Shown in pieces: positions 26,401-45,300 of a DNA stretch of 64,000 nt (the stretch's first letter is position 1; each line of letters starts with the position of its first letter). The notes beneath the pieces were generated by a model. It ran no database searches. It was not told where the DNA came from and saw only the letters and a list, made by a program, of their open reading frames with translations. Both the position numbers and the translations under genes were made by a program. Origin of the DNA: Chrysomallon squamiferum (Eukaryota > Animalia > Mollusca); contig CM022679.1 of NCBI GenBank assembly GCA_012295275.1, positions 19,716,001-19,780,000 on the forward strand. The letters are read 5' to 3'.

Positions 26401-29400
26401 CTTTGCTGGAATGTTTTCATATCTGCAGATAGAAAGTATTTTCTTTCAAACTAAGACTAAAATAAGTTAAAAACTATCATGGGTCACATTTCAAAAGCCT
26501 TGTATTTCTCTTCTTAGCTTGTTTAATCATTAGAAATTTTAAACTGTACTGATACTCACACAAAAATTTACATACTTTATTACAACAGAAAACGAAAATA
26601 CAAAATAGAAAGAAAAACTAAAACAGTTTAAAAAGAATTATAATAAATAAAATTTAAATACGTAAAAATATGAAAACAGCTGATTTAATCTTACAAGCAC
26701 AAATTATTTGGTACTTTATGAATTGTGTTTTGAAGATTTTTTTTCAAAAAGTAAACATGTAATACATATATGGCAAATATCAATTTTGTACACATCTCAG
26801 AATTTTTTTATTTAAAAAATAAATTAAAAAATACAAATCTTACTTCTCAAAATCAGAGAAAAGATTCACACAAAAGGTGTGCTGCTTGTCCAGCTTATAG
26901 CCATTGGTCATTTTGACAGCTTCCTGGGCATGAAGTGGGGAAGAATACTCCAAGAATATGTATCTAAAATAAAATTTAAAAATATTAAAGTCCTCAAAAT
27001 AGTTCTGATATTGTAATAGGATATTTAGGCAAACCAAAAAACATTAGTTACTGACAGAAATGTAATAACAGTGTGTTTTCAGTAATTTACAACCTGGTAC
27101 GGATAAAAAAAAAAAAAGTATTTAAAATCTGCAGATTTAGAAGAAACATTTCTATAAATAGGTATAATAATACTGAAGATTTAATGAAAAGTTACTATGG
27201 AGATATGAAATAATAACTATTTAAAAAAATAAAAATAAAAATTAATATGTGACCAGTTAAGTACAGTTAAAGTTACTAACCCTTTTGTTTTTCCATCTTC
27301 CATTGGATAATGTTCTGTAGCAATTTTCCCAAATTTGGAGAAGAGTTTGCGTAAAACATTCTGAAGTTTCTCCAGCCTTTCAGGTCCGACACATGGTACA
27401 TTGTCTACCACAACAACTGAGTCAATCCCATCTGTGGGTTTAGGTTTAGATCTCAGCAGATCCTCTAAAAGTTCTGGATGGGGGACGAAAAGAGATATAT
27501 ATATATTTTACTTTAAAATGAAGTAAATGATTTAGTTTATTATATAACTTCATTTTTACAATATTGAAGACAATTCACATTTTAAGCATTTAATTTTTAC
27601 ATAGGTCTCTACAACATGTTGCACCTGTTTTAATCTTAAAAGTAAGGAAAGTATTTTGCAACCTGTACACACACCATGGTTACATTTCCAGTTTAATTAA
27701 GCTAGTAAATGGACAAGTATGTTTAAATTGAACAAATACTCATATTTGGGAATCATAAATTCAATAAGAAAATAAGTACTGCTGAACCTTAACTTCTTAA
27801 TGTCAACAATGCACATACATTACAAAAAATTGAAAAATAAATAATAATAATAATAAAAATAATTCAATGATTTTGTAACTGAAAATGAAGTTCAATTGGT
27901 TTTAATATTTTCCTGTATAGAATTAGAAAATATGGGAAAGGTAATAAATTATGTACAGTAAAAATGTTAGCTATAGATGTGTGTACAATATCTATAAATA
28001 TACACTTCAGTACTTGTAAGTAATAATTATAAAAAATAACCAAATAACCAAACAGATATGTAGTATCAATAAGTTTTTGCCTAACAGAAAATTGTTACAA
28101 ATACGTATACTTCAAATTGTATTCAAGTTTCTTTTATATACTGGTTAAATTGGAAAATACAAAAATGCGGGTTCTCTGCAACTCATTTTTATTCCAAAAG
28201 AAAATAATCTAATGGTATTAAAACAGATTCAAATGTATCTAATATTAGCTTTAAATTTATTTCTAAAGAGACCAAGTAAAAATACATAACTAAATGCAAA
28301 CAAATTAAAATTCTAAAATCTTTACTTGCATCAGGTTGTACGCTTAAGACTAATATAGTTAAGTAAAATAATGGTTAAAATTGAATAAATATCAATAATC
28401 TCACAAAAACATGGTTTCTCAACCCTTCTCAATTTTCATTTGTTTAATGACTGTGTGCATGTATCTTGATATGTGAATTCGTTTTTAATTAAGAAAAGAT
28501 TCTACTGGGGATGAAAAGCAAGGTAGTATCAAATGACACATTTTAAATATACGCACAAAAAGTGCACACAGACACACATTAAATGTAACATCAAGAAAAG
28601 AATCTTATATAATAATAATCACAATATTTTGAAATTTTTCATTGTTTTGGTATTTATCAAATGTTTCACAAGATATTTGAAAATACACTATATAGGAAGA
28701 GAAATCACAATGTTTCGTCTGTACTTTTCAACTTTGTCTCTTGGATAAAATATCAATACTCTATTACTGTAAGAGACCTGCTATACCTTTAAATGCAACT
28801 ATTCTACTATTAGGTATGTGTATTACTGCCGGAACTGCGTCCGCCATTTTCTGCTGTATCCGTGTGACCTGAATCTCCCTGATGGCGAGTGGTGTCTCTG
28901 CGTAAATCGCTTCTCATTAGTCAGGGGCTGGGAGTTTCGGTTATCCCTGACGGTATAATTAGCGGGAAATTCCCGTATACTCACTCGTTTTCAAATTTTT
29001 CAATTCGGTCAATTGGTTCGAAGGCGAAGAACAATATTTAATTTTATTATATGTGAATTTATATTGAAATCTGACATAGCTGAGAAAAGTTACAAACGCC
29101 GGAAAGAGGAGCTGTAACATCGAAATGGCTTCAAAATCAAACTTGGTGGATGAAAATTCGAGTGAAACTGAAGTGATTTCTACCCTCGATTTCAGCTATG
29201 TTTGATACATGAGTGATAGAACAGATTTTGATGCTGTATAAATATACGACTGTACTCTATGTCACACTTTTATTACCCATTGGATTGTAAATAGTGGATG
29301 ATTGTGGATTTTGCGAGTGCCTTCAAGCCAATCGGTATGAACTAATTTTGAAATTTAGTAATCATTATTATTATGTTGGCCTTCTTTTCGGGATGCCTAA

Positions 29401-31329
29401 CTTGAAGTGGAAAAGAAAATCCCCCAATCAAAGGACTGGTATAGCCAACCAACACTTGGAAAAGAACTTTCCCAATGGAATTCCAGTTTCTTTGGCGAAT
29501 TTCTTAAATGGTCACGTATTCAATATTGTTTATTTTTGTCTTTCGCTGTAAAAAAAGCCATGCGAAGACCTTTAGAGAACTTCAATCATATATCCCCAAT
29601 AATATTACTGGTCATCAGAGAAATACAGTTTTGAATTATATTATATCACAAATTCAGAAACTTGTTGACAACACTCTGAACAAGTTCAAGAAACTCAGTG
29701 ACACTGTGGAATTCAATATGTTTGATTCCATTTGAATGTATTATCCAGCCAGTGGAAGTCCCTCAGGCTGATGAAGAAAATGCCATTGTTCTTCCCAGTA
29801 CCAAGCCTGTTGCTGCGTCCCCACTGAAAACCAGGCAGATAAGAAAGTGCCATAACTGTGAGAGATATCATGAAGGTTTGCAATTTGCCAAACAGAAAGT
29901 GAGAAACAGGATCTCTTAAAACGTCAGAATTAAAATATGCTGTATTACTAATTATTTATATTGCATTTTAAATAGCTTGAATTGAGAGAACTCGTTACCA
30001 TCTATCTTCAGTCCAAATTTCACTAATAAAATTTGATTATTAAGAAAGTTACATGCATTTTAGTGAAAAACAATAGGATTTTGGTCACGCCATTGTAATG
30101 CAAATGCATTAAATAATAGGACAATTAATTAGTGTTAATTGAAAACGTTAAAATGCTGTAACTTCCTTAATACTCAACAGAATCACATGATGTTTGTTGT
30201 CTTTTATAGGGTTTTTAGAGTTCTTTTCAGCAATGTTATTTATGTTGAAGTTGGTAGTGTTTGAATTTTTTGTCCACATAAATTATTGTTTGTTAGGTTG
30301 CTGGTACCTTAATTAATAACTTCTTTTTAATTTTTACAAATATAATCGATAGCAGAGATTGGCATTGGTCTTCACTGAAAATTTCATCAAGAAAGCTTGC
30401 TTATTAACAAAGATAGAGGGGAAAATGTTAAAATATTACTATTTTTGGTCACAAACCTCTAATGACTTATATAGCGTTTAATCGGAAGAAAAAAATTGCT
30501 TTTCAGGGTTTAAAATTGTTGCTACTTTCTTAATTTTTTACATATTCACTTGATCTTGGTATCATTTTAAAGTGGTTTACAAGCTCTACCCAACTGTCTT
30601 ATTTATTTTCAGATTAGTGGGGTTTGAAAAATTTGTCCACATACCTAAAGGATGTAAACAGATAACTTGATACCTATAAACTTTTAAGCTGACAAAATTC
30701 GACACTTTTGTTTTCCCTTTCTTTATCTGTCTCTTTTTGTTTGTGTGGGTTTTTTTAAGTGCATCTTTAATAACAGACCATCAGTTTGATCCTAAAATTC
30801 TGCAAGAAAGTGATATTCGGCAAACTTATAATCATTCAAAATTTATAAATATTTTATAAATTCAGGTGATTAAAATGATTAAGATGTGATATTTATTTTT
30901 CATACTGATCATGCAATAAATTTGAGTATGCACAGGCGTCATTTCTTTCTAACAGACCGAAATCTGGGATTGTTTGACTCAATCAAGAATCATCAAATAT
31001 TTATTCTTTTGTTTTTTTCTTTTTTTAAATAATGAACGTGCAGATCATATACAATGCTGATAACTATTTAAAAATATACAAAATTTTGAACAAATGATAT
31101 GAATCTTTATGATCCTTAAAAATGTAATAAAGAGCCATATGCCAAAATATAGATATCGTGTTATCTTTATTTATAAGTTAATAAAAACAAACATACTTTC
31201 ATCGGATATATCTTCAACAAAATCTTCTGGATCGCTAAAATCCGGTTCTTCTTCATCGTCGCTGATTATATCATTTTCATCATTAGAATCTGTTCTCTTT
31301 CCCTCCATTACATCTCGTCCGGCCGCCAT
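17457..31329 (-). CDS. eIF3b: Eukaryotic translation initiation factor 3 subunit B; 18 coding exons: 31197-31329, 27281-27473, 26844-26963, 26365-26422, 26033-26158, 25550-25707, 25301-25432, 25092-25158, 24893-24939, 24421-24661, 24219-24291, 23399-23521, 19629-19707, 19221-19359, 18751-18876, 18371-18448, 17847-17955, 17457-17554
   Basis: Diagnostic peptides [32 protein letters not shown] (RRM), [52 protein letters not shown] and an acidic C-terminus; GT-AG junctions in phase. Confidence 0.96.
19853..19941 (-). ncRNA. Intronic box C/D snoRNA candidate, copy 1
   Basis: Minus strand: 10-bp terminal stem AAAGAAGTTC/GAACTTCTTT, box C GTGATGA, D' TTGA, C'-like ATGATA, guide ACACTCTAATTTTTT, box D CTGA. 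Confidence 0.8.
20402..20489 (-). ncRNA. Intronic box C/D snoRNA candidate, copy 2 (altered guide, possibly a pseudogene copy)
   Basis: Boxes C (ATGATGA) and D (CTGA) and the stem are intact; the guide has lost 2 nt and has a longer U run. Confidence 0.6.
21051..22102. mobile_element. Non-autonomous DNA transposon (about 1.05 kb) with long terminal inverted repeats
   Basis: Termini GGGTCATTCC...GGAATGACCC; imperfect inverted arms of about 160 bp; an extra perfect 22-bp IR (21219-21240 vs 21709-21730); flanks ACAT/AAAT; no transposase ORF. Confidence 0.9.
22392..22477 (-). ncRNA. Intronic box C/D snoRNA candidate, copy 3
   Basis: Stem CAGGAGTTC/GAACTTCTG, box C GTGATGA, guide ACACTCTAATTTTTTT, box D CTGA. 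Confidence 0.82.
22998..23079 (-). ncRNA. Intronic box C/D snoRNA candidate, copy 4
   Basis: Box C ATGATGA, guide AACACTCTAATTTTTTT, box D CTGA, terminal stem with one mismatch. Confidence 0.78.
23799..23882 (-). ncRNA. Intronic box C/D snoRNA candidate, copy 5 (adjacent intron)
   Basis: Stem AGAAGTTC/GGACTTCT (with a G-U pair), box C ATGATGA, same guide, box D CTGA. Confidence 0.82.
28813..30645 (+). mobile_element. Decayed DNA-transposon-like insertion in eIF3b intron 1
   Basis: Short inverted termini TA|GGTATGTG...CACATACC|TA, a CpG-richer 5' part, and broken ORF pieces from about 29125 to 29919 ending in a CxxC motif. Confidence 0.55.
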
Positions 31330-31333
31330 CTTG
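31322..31333 (-). promoter_or_regulatory. TISU/YY1 element overlapping the eIF3b start codon
   Basis: CAAGATGGCGGC is an exact match to the TISU consensus SAASATGGCGGC. Confidence 0.65.
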
Positions 31334-33543
31334 AACACCACATGGAGAACATGTGTTATAATAGACTGAAATATTTGTAGCGAACAACTAATCAAAGAAC
31401 TGTTACAAATTCTGAAACTTTTATCGTTTAACATAACCTATAATAGGATGGCGGAGAATACTTTTGGGGGGAAAATTCTAATTATTATTTCAAAATTCAA
31501 ATAATAAAAATAAAATAAGTCATAGTTAAAATTATATTTATTAATTTTATTTCACTCTTGTTTTTTTATTTTTCTCACCATACTGACAGGTATTTTTAAT
31601 TCATAATAATTATGTTTTGCTCAAAATGCGTTCAGAATTCACTTGATAAAAATAAATAAATAAATAAATAAATAATTACATTTTTAGAAATGTTTTATTG
31701 TTATTATTTATTTTTATTATTATTTTTTTTATTATTATTATTTTTTTAACTGATATTGTTTAACACGAGTAAATGGCAAACAGTATATATTTCTACACTT
31801 ATCTGTGCCTGGTTTTTTGGGAGGGCGAGGATGTTTTTTTTGTTTTTTTTAGGGTTTTTTGTGTGTTTGTTTGTTTTTATTTATTTATTTATTTATTGTC
31901 AGCTACTACAGGATATTCCTGTTCTTATGTTTCAAGCTTCCCTACCGAGGTTTGACAACTCACATTGCCGAATCAACATATTGAAGTGAATTCTCGCTTC
32001 TTCTTTTTTCAGTTCTGATAAGGTTGCCATCATTACTAATGGTTGAAGAGCTTTCAAGATAAATATGTATTCAGCGAAATTTCAAACGATGATTATATTT
32101 ATAACAGTAATAAGAGCTTACTACTCAGTTTAAAAAAAGAATAAAATACAACTAATAAATTAAGATATTTCCAATTGTTTCATTCACCCCTCTTGTTTCA
32201 CTGCACAAATTTACAGATATATTTTTTAATGTTTCTTAATCATTAATTGATATGTGACAGTTTCAATGATAAATTGTCTGATTTAATTATTAATATACTA
32301 ATTTATACAGAGATTAGGCGAAAACATTTTAGCTGATCTTCCAGATATAAAATATTTTAAATTAATAAGTTAACGGTGTAAAATTAATGATACTTGTAGT
32401 TCAAAATGCGAAATTTAAAAAGACATAACTGACAAATAAATGAATGAATGGACATACAGAAAGGTAAGTCATAAACATTTTAACATATAAAAGGCGAATG
32501 AAGAAGGAACTAGAGAAAAGAAGGATAACCAACATTTTAAAAAATATATTCTTTTTCTTCATTTAGGTGAAAAAATAATAATAATAAAAATCAGTCCCTG
32601 GTATTTTGTTGTTGTTTGTTTGTTTTTTCATTACAAAACCAACCATTAGACTGTTTTCATTACAATATGTTTTGGTTAATAAAACATTTGAAATAGGATT
32701 TAATTATATAAAATGTATTAATTTGTGTTCGTTAATCTTTATATGTCTACCGTATTATTTTTGAATTATTCGTTACCCCTTTTTATTAACTAGTTAATAT
32801 GGAATTAGCTAAAAGGGAAACCCGGCGAACCTTAACTAATATTTGAATACGAAACGAAATATATAGTGCACTTCTGTATAAAAAAAAAATATAAAATAAA
32901 AAAATATCATTCCTCCTCTCATTTGTTTAAAAATAAAAATAAATGGTTTGTGAAAATAACTTTCATTGTATTTAGGATCCAAGTTAGAAGTAGCGGTAAG
33001 CAGGATGAGAGAGGAGTGGTGATCGAAAATGTTTAAGTACTGATTCTGCCCCTCAAAAAACAAATTCATCCACATTTCTATATAGAAATGACTCGTATTT
33101 TCTTGATCATCTGTTTTTAAATGTCTATGGTATTTTATAACCAGTTGGGTTTCGATTAATTGTACATGCGTTGTGCTGTCTATGGTTTCAGTGGAAAGAA
33201 ACATTTAAATTCTTGCTCTACACTATCATATAGCACAGTAACAACAAGTAACACTACTAATACAAATGCACCTGGTTCTACTAGGCAGTTGCATATCCGT
33301 TGCTTTGTTGTTATAATTGTATTGCTTCTCCTATACAAATGATATTGTGCTTTGTGTTAAGAAAACTATGAAAGTTGTTTTTTGGGTGTTTTTTTTTTTT
33401 TTTTTTTTTGTAAGCTAGTATATGAAATCCAAATCAGCAATTTTGAATAATGGAGCTTATTTTTGTCGTTCCGATATTTTTGAAGATATGATTTTGATTC
33501 TTTCTTATTATTTTTGTCTTCTTTGTTTGTTTGTTGTTGTCGT

Positions 33544-33593
<50 letters not shown>

Positions 33594-34006
33594 TGTTGTT
33601 GTTGTTGTTGTTTATTTATTTATTCATTTTGAGTCTCCAACGTTGTGCGCCTTTTACCGATTTTTTCGACAGGGCGGAGAAGGGGGCCTATATATGATAC
33701 GTGCCACCTTACATATACCACAATATTTAAATACATTTTGTTTGATAAAATATTACAAACTGCCAAATACTAAATATATAAACTGTTATTTATATCAAAT
33801 TGTTTTTATTTTGTGATATTAATTTTTTCACTAGCTGTGAAAATAAAGACAGTATATGTTATTATATGGGTTTTTGTTTTTATCGATCGTTGAACCTGAC
33901 CGAAAGTGCGTTTACCTACCCAGCCTGCTTTGCTGTGTGTTTGTGTGTATGTGGGCTTTGTGTACTGTGATTCCCGCGGAATCGGTGTGGGTGTCACGAT
34001 CCGCTT
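31330..34006. promoter_or_regulatory. Divergent (head-to-head) promoter interval between eIF3b and SUZ12
   Basis: Start codons about 2.7 kb apart; YY1-like ATGGCGG near 31449; GC-box GGGCGG near 33672; local CpG enrichment near both starts. Confidence 0.55.
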
Positions 34007-40978
<6,972 letters not shown>

Positions 40979-42324
40979 ACTGGAGGAAGAAACAACAACA
41001 ATCTGACCTTGACCAATGTGTGTGCCTGGAATCATCCATTCATCAAGAGGAAAATAAATTATCCATTTACATTAGATGGAATAGTTTAATACCTTTGTGT
41101 ATTGTGCAACCCATTTTGTGTAGTTATGAATGGAATGTGTCATCAACCTTAATGTCATCATTAATACAGACATTTATGATTGGAATTATTTTTATAATCT
41201 AAGATTTTTATAAAAATGTGTTAGCTGTCACTGAATAAATACAGAGGTTGCTCTTTAATTCCTTCTCCATCTTTTAAATAAATTGACTTTTTAATATTAA
41301 CATTATGTAATTGTAAATTCCTGCAATAGATTCTAAAAACCCCCATTAAAATAGGGTTATGGGTTTCTTGTAAATTATATATTATAGCAGTTTTCATTTG
41401 TGCCATTCATATATATACATGCACAGAAACACTGCCAAATGCAATTACTTGATAAACTGCTAGTTGAATAAAACTTGAATTTACGTGATATTTATTCAGC
41501 TGTTTGAATTCCATTCTACTGGAATTCTTCAAATTCTTTGTATTTGTACTGTACATTGAGCAGTTCAAGCAATTAAATTATTTGTTTTATTTATGGTTTA
41601 TTTTTAATTAGCCAGCTGTGTTAAGAACTAGTGTTTAATTTAAAATATTTATCAACTGCAATTTTAAAAAAACCCAGTCTATGTAACCTTTTTTTATAGC
41701 ATAAAATGCACATAATTTATTATCTTTTCTTTAAACTGGTACAGAGAATGGAGGAAGTGTACAGTGAATAATTTCATAATGTATTAGTTAAAAAAAAGTC
41801 CACGTTTATTCTATGGATCTTATTAATCAAAAAATTAGTTTAATGCCCGAGTCAGACTTTAAATAATGGCACAGTGATATAATTTAGCATACTAAAACGT
41901 CCTTGAAAGCTGAAGGACAAGACTTCTGTAGATATATTTTTTAAAGTGTTTTGATTTGGTTGGAATTCTGTAATAATGAAAAAAACAATGCCAATTAATA
42001 ATGTTAATAATTTAATGTTTGTGTTTAAATGATGTGAAATAAAATGGAAGTTACAACTGTGATAAAATTGTATTTTATACTCTGGTATCAGTTAACAAAA
42101 ATTACACAAAAACAAAATTGAACAGGAATAATGGTATTGTTTATTATCAGTACAAAACTTTTGGATGCAATGGTATGTGGTATATTAGCAATTTGCTCAA
42201 TTTACTACACTTTTTCTGGATTTTAAAAACCTGCAATGAAAAAACCAATCTCATTCAGAAAATAATACATCCATTTTTAAGTATTTATAAATTACATAAA
42301 AGATTCTATATATATGTATATATA

Positions 42325-45300
42325 TCATCTGAATTCAAATTTTAATCTCCATGTCCCTATCCCATCTTTCTTTTCCAAATCACAAATCTGATACAGCATT
42401 GCTCTGAATTTTGCAGAGCCATTATTAGGAATTTTTGTCTTAAAATGCTCAAGCAGTTCCTGAGTTGTTGCTTGTCCATTTATGGCTGCCTCCAGAGCTA
42501 CAAAATTTCTGATATCTGTCATTAGTTCCATGTCCTCAGACTTCAAAAGATCTAGCGGGTCCCCCTCAGACTGCTGAGTTGTTGACAGAGTGTGCCGCTC
42601 CCGCATCTTGTGTAGCAGCTCATCTGAAGACATCACGTTTGAAGTAGTTGATGCTAATACTGCACTGCCAGAAATACTTCCATCAAATAATTTAGGTTCC
42701 TTTGTATTCCCTGACTGTAAAAGAAGACAGTTTATATATAATCATAAAAAAAATGCTCATTCTCTTAAATAAATGCCTAACTCATATTAATGTCCAAGGA
42801 ATTGTTAGGTAATATATTTCATTTTAAGGCATTTACAAATTTATTAACTAATTTTGGAAAAAATGGGAACTGCTGTAAGACAAATATTTTTATATTTAAC
42901 ATTTAAAGTTGTTTTACAAACCGATGTTTCTGTTTTCAGCTTCTCAGTTTGACCCAGCAATTGACTGTTTTTCTTTTTGCCAAACCGCAGCCTTAAAAAA
43001 AATATATAATTATATTTTTAGCATTAAAAAAACACTGCAAAATTCATAGTATGTGATACTTTAACAAGTAATTCTAATGCATTTTTTAAGCCTCATCAAA
43101 CTATAAAGACAAAAAGCATTAAAGAAATTCATGTTGTGTAAAAAAAAAAATTGTTTACCTAATATAAATGTGATCAAATTTTACATGGCAGTGAAAAAAG
43201 TAGTTTAAAAATATTAAGAAAAAAAAACCTGCCTGGTTGATGGACCTCCATGCCTTCCAGTCCATGTAGGAATCCCTGACACTGCAGAAAAACACTGTGT
43301 TCTTGATCGTTTGAGAGCAATGGCTGCTTGTTTAGCCACTTTCTCAGCTTCTGCTTCAACCAAGGCATAATCTGGTTGACTTGACTCCATTATTTTATCA
43401 TGTTTCAAAGCTCCCTGAATGCCTGTAAATTAGGAAATATTTTTCTGATATTAAATTCTTGAATGTTTCACTGTAAATATTTCATGATGCTGAAATGCTG
43501 TATAAAAAAACCTATACTAAAATCATAATTTGTAAAATAGGATTAGTCTACAAAAAAGTACAACATTTGCAGATTTATTATAATTTAATGTGCAGTTTAA
43601 TTTTTTAATTTTAAAAGAGATCATTTAAAAATGTAGAATTGTTACCTGTTCCTTTGAACAGAGCTCTCAAAACATAATCATCTTGCTGCACTGATTTCTT
43701 CTGTGGGTCTTCTTTGTTAGCCGGACATTTCATTGTTTTGTGCTTTGCCAAGTATGGAATTCGTTCGCCTTCAAATCCTACAGCAGAATTTTTAAAAATC
43801 TATAGTTCAACTAAAGAAAAACATTATTATCATCCATTATATAAATTATGTACTAGAATCAATAATAAAATTTTAAATTGATTGTTAGAAATAAATGAAT
43901 TAAAAAACAAAAAAAAATCCATTAATTACTACTTTATGTTAATTCAACATCAACTTATTTATGATTCTGAAGTTCAAATAATATTTGAATAGTTAACTCA
44001 ATAGAAAAAAGTAACACTGAAATTAAAAATGATCTTACTTGCATCTTTAACTTTTTTTTTTTTGTCCCCAAATGCTCTGTAATTTCCATCATTTTCAGAG
44101 ATGCTTTCATTTTTAAAACTTTTACCATTCACTGTGTGGGAAGAATTGTGCGTATGGTCTTTCCCTGAGTGTGTATTGGTTGTGTTCCCTACAGTTGTGT
44201 TATTTACATGTTCTTTATTTGTTGACTCATTTGAACGTCTCAGTTTTCCTTCCCCTATTTGTTTACTCAGCTTTCTAGCTAAAGCCCTCATCCTTGCCAG
44301 TTCATCTTCATCCAAACTAGCTTCATATTCATCTTCAGTTTTCAAGTTTTTGATCCTTTTTATCTCATCAAATCGATTCTTTTTCTTCTTTGGCATTTTG
44401 ATGTCGGCTCCCATCCCAGCAAAGATGGCACTGGTCTCAGTGCCCTCACCATCGCCTTTGTTGTTGAGTGTAAATAACTCAAAAATGTCATTAGACTTGA
44501 AAAATCTTCTCTGTTTGGGATCTTTCAGAACCCGATTTGTTAAAAACTGTTTAAATATTTGTCTGGAATAAGAAATAAAACAATAAATTTTGGATACTGT
44601 CAGTTTGTGATTATTAAATTTATAACTTATGAGAGAAGAATCAAATACCTCTTTGCTTCTTGCCTACTAAAAACCAAATTTAAAACTAATTTGACAATTT
44701 GCAAGTATATTTGTTATTAAATAACTTTTCAAAACAAAATATATTAGGTCTTTATTCTCTTACATCACCTAATCAAAATTGGTGCTATTGTTATGTTTCA
44801 GGGACTATATCTAAATATATATTATATTTGAAATACCTGTGATAAATCTTCTCCTCGATAGTTCCTGATGTAAGCAGTCGATAGATTGTCACAGGTTTTG
44901 TCTGACCAATCCTCCAGGCTCTTTCTCGAGCCTGCATGTCTGTGCTGGGGTTCCAGTCAGGGTCAAAAATAATTATTCTGTTGGCTCCAGTGAGATTTAC
45001 TCCCAGCCCACCTACTCTTGTGGTTAGCAAAAATACATCCAATGAGGTGTCCTAAATAAAAGGTAATTTTAAAGATGTAAAATTTAGCAACAATATTCCA
45101 AAGGAAACTAAACGAATTATAAATCCAATCTGTACCACTATTGATAATGATACAGTTCAATTACATAATATAAGTCTTTGAGAAAGAGATAACGAAAAAG
45201 GTGTGTATTTATTTATTCAGCGCTACAAGAACTGAAAAAAGACAGATCACTGGATAAAGCATTTCTATCACAATAGATCATATTATCAATTATTTTCACT

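Noticed and set aside
33422-33816. Poly-Leu/poly-Ile hydrophobic ORFs (also at 56671, 58286 and 62086)
   Set aside because: Products of (ATT)n, (GTT)n and poly-T microsatellites.
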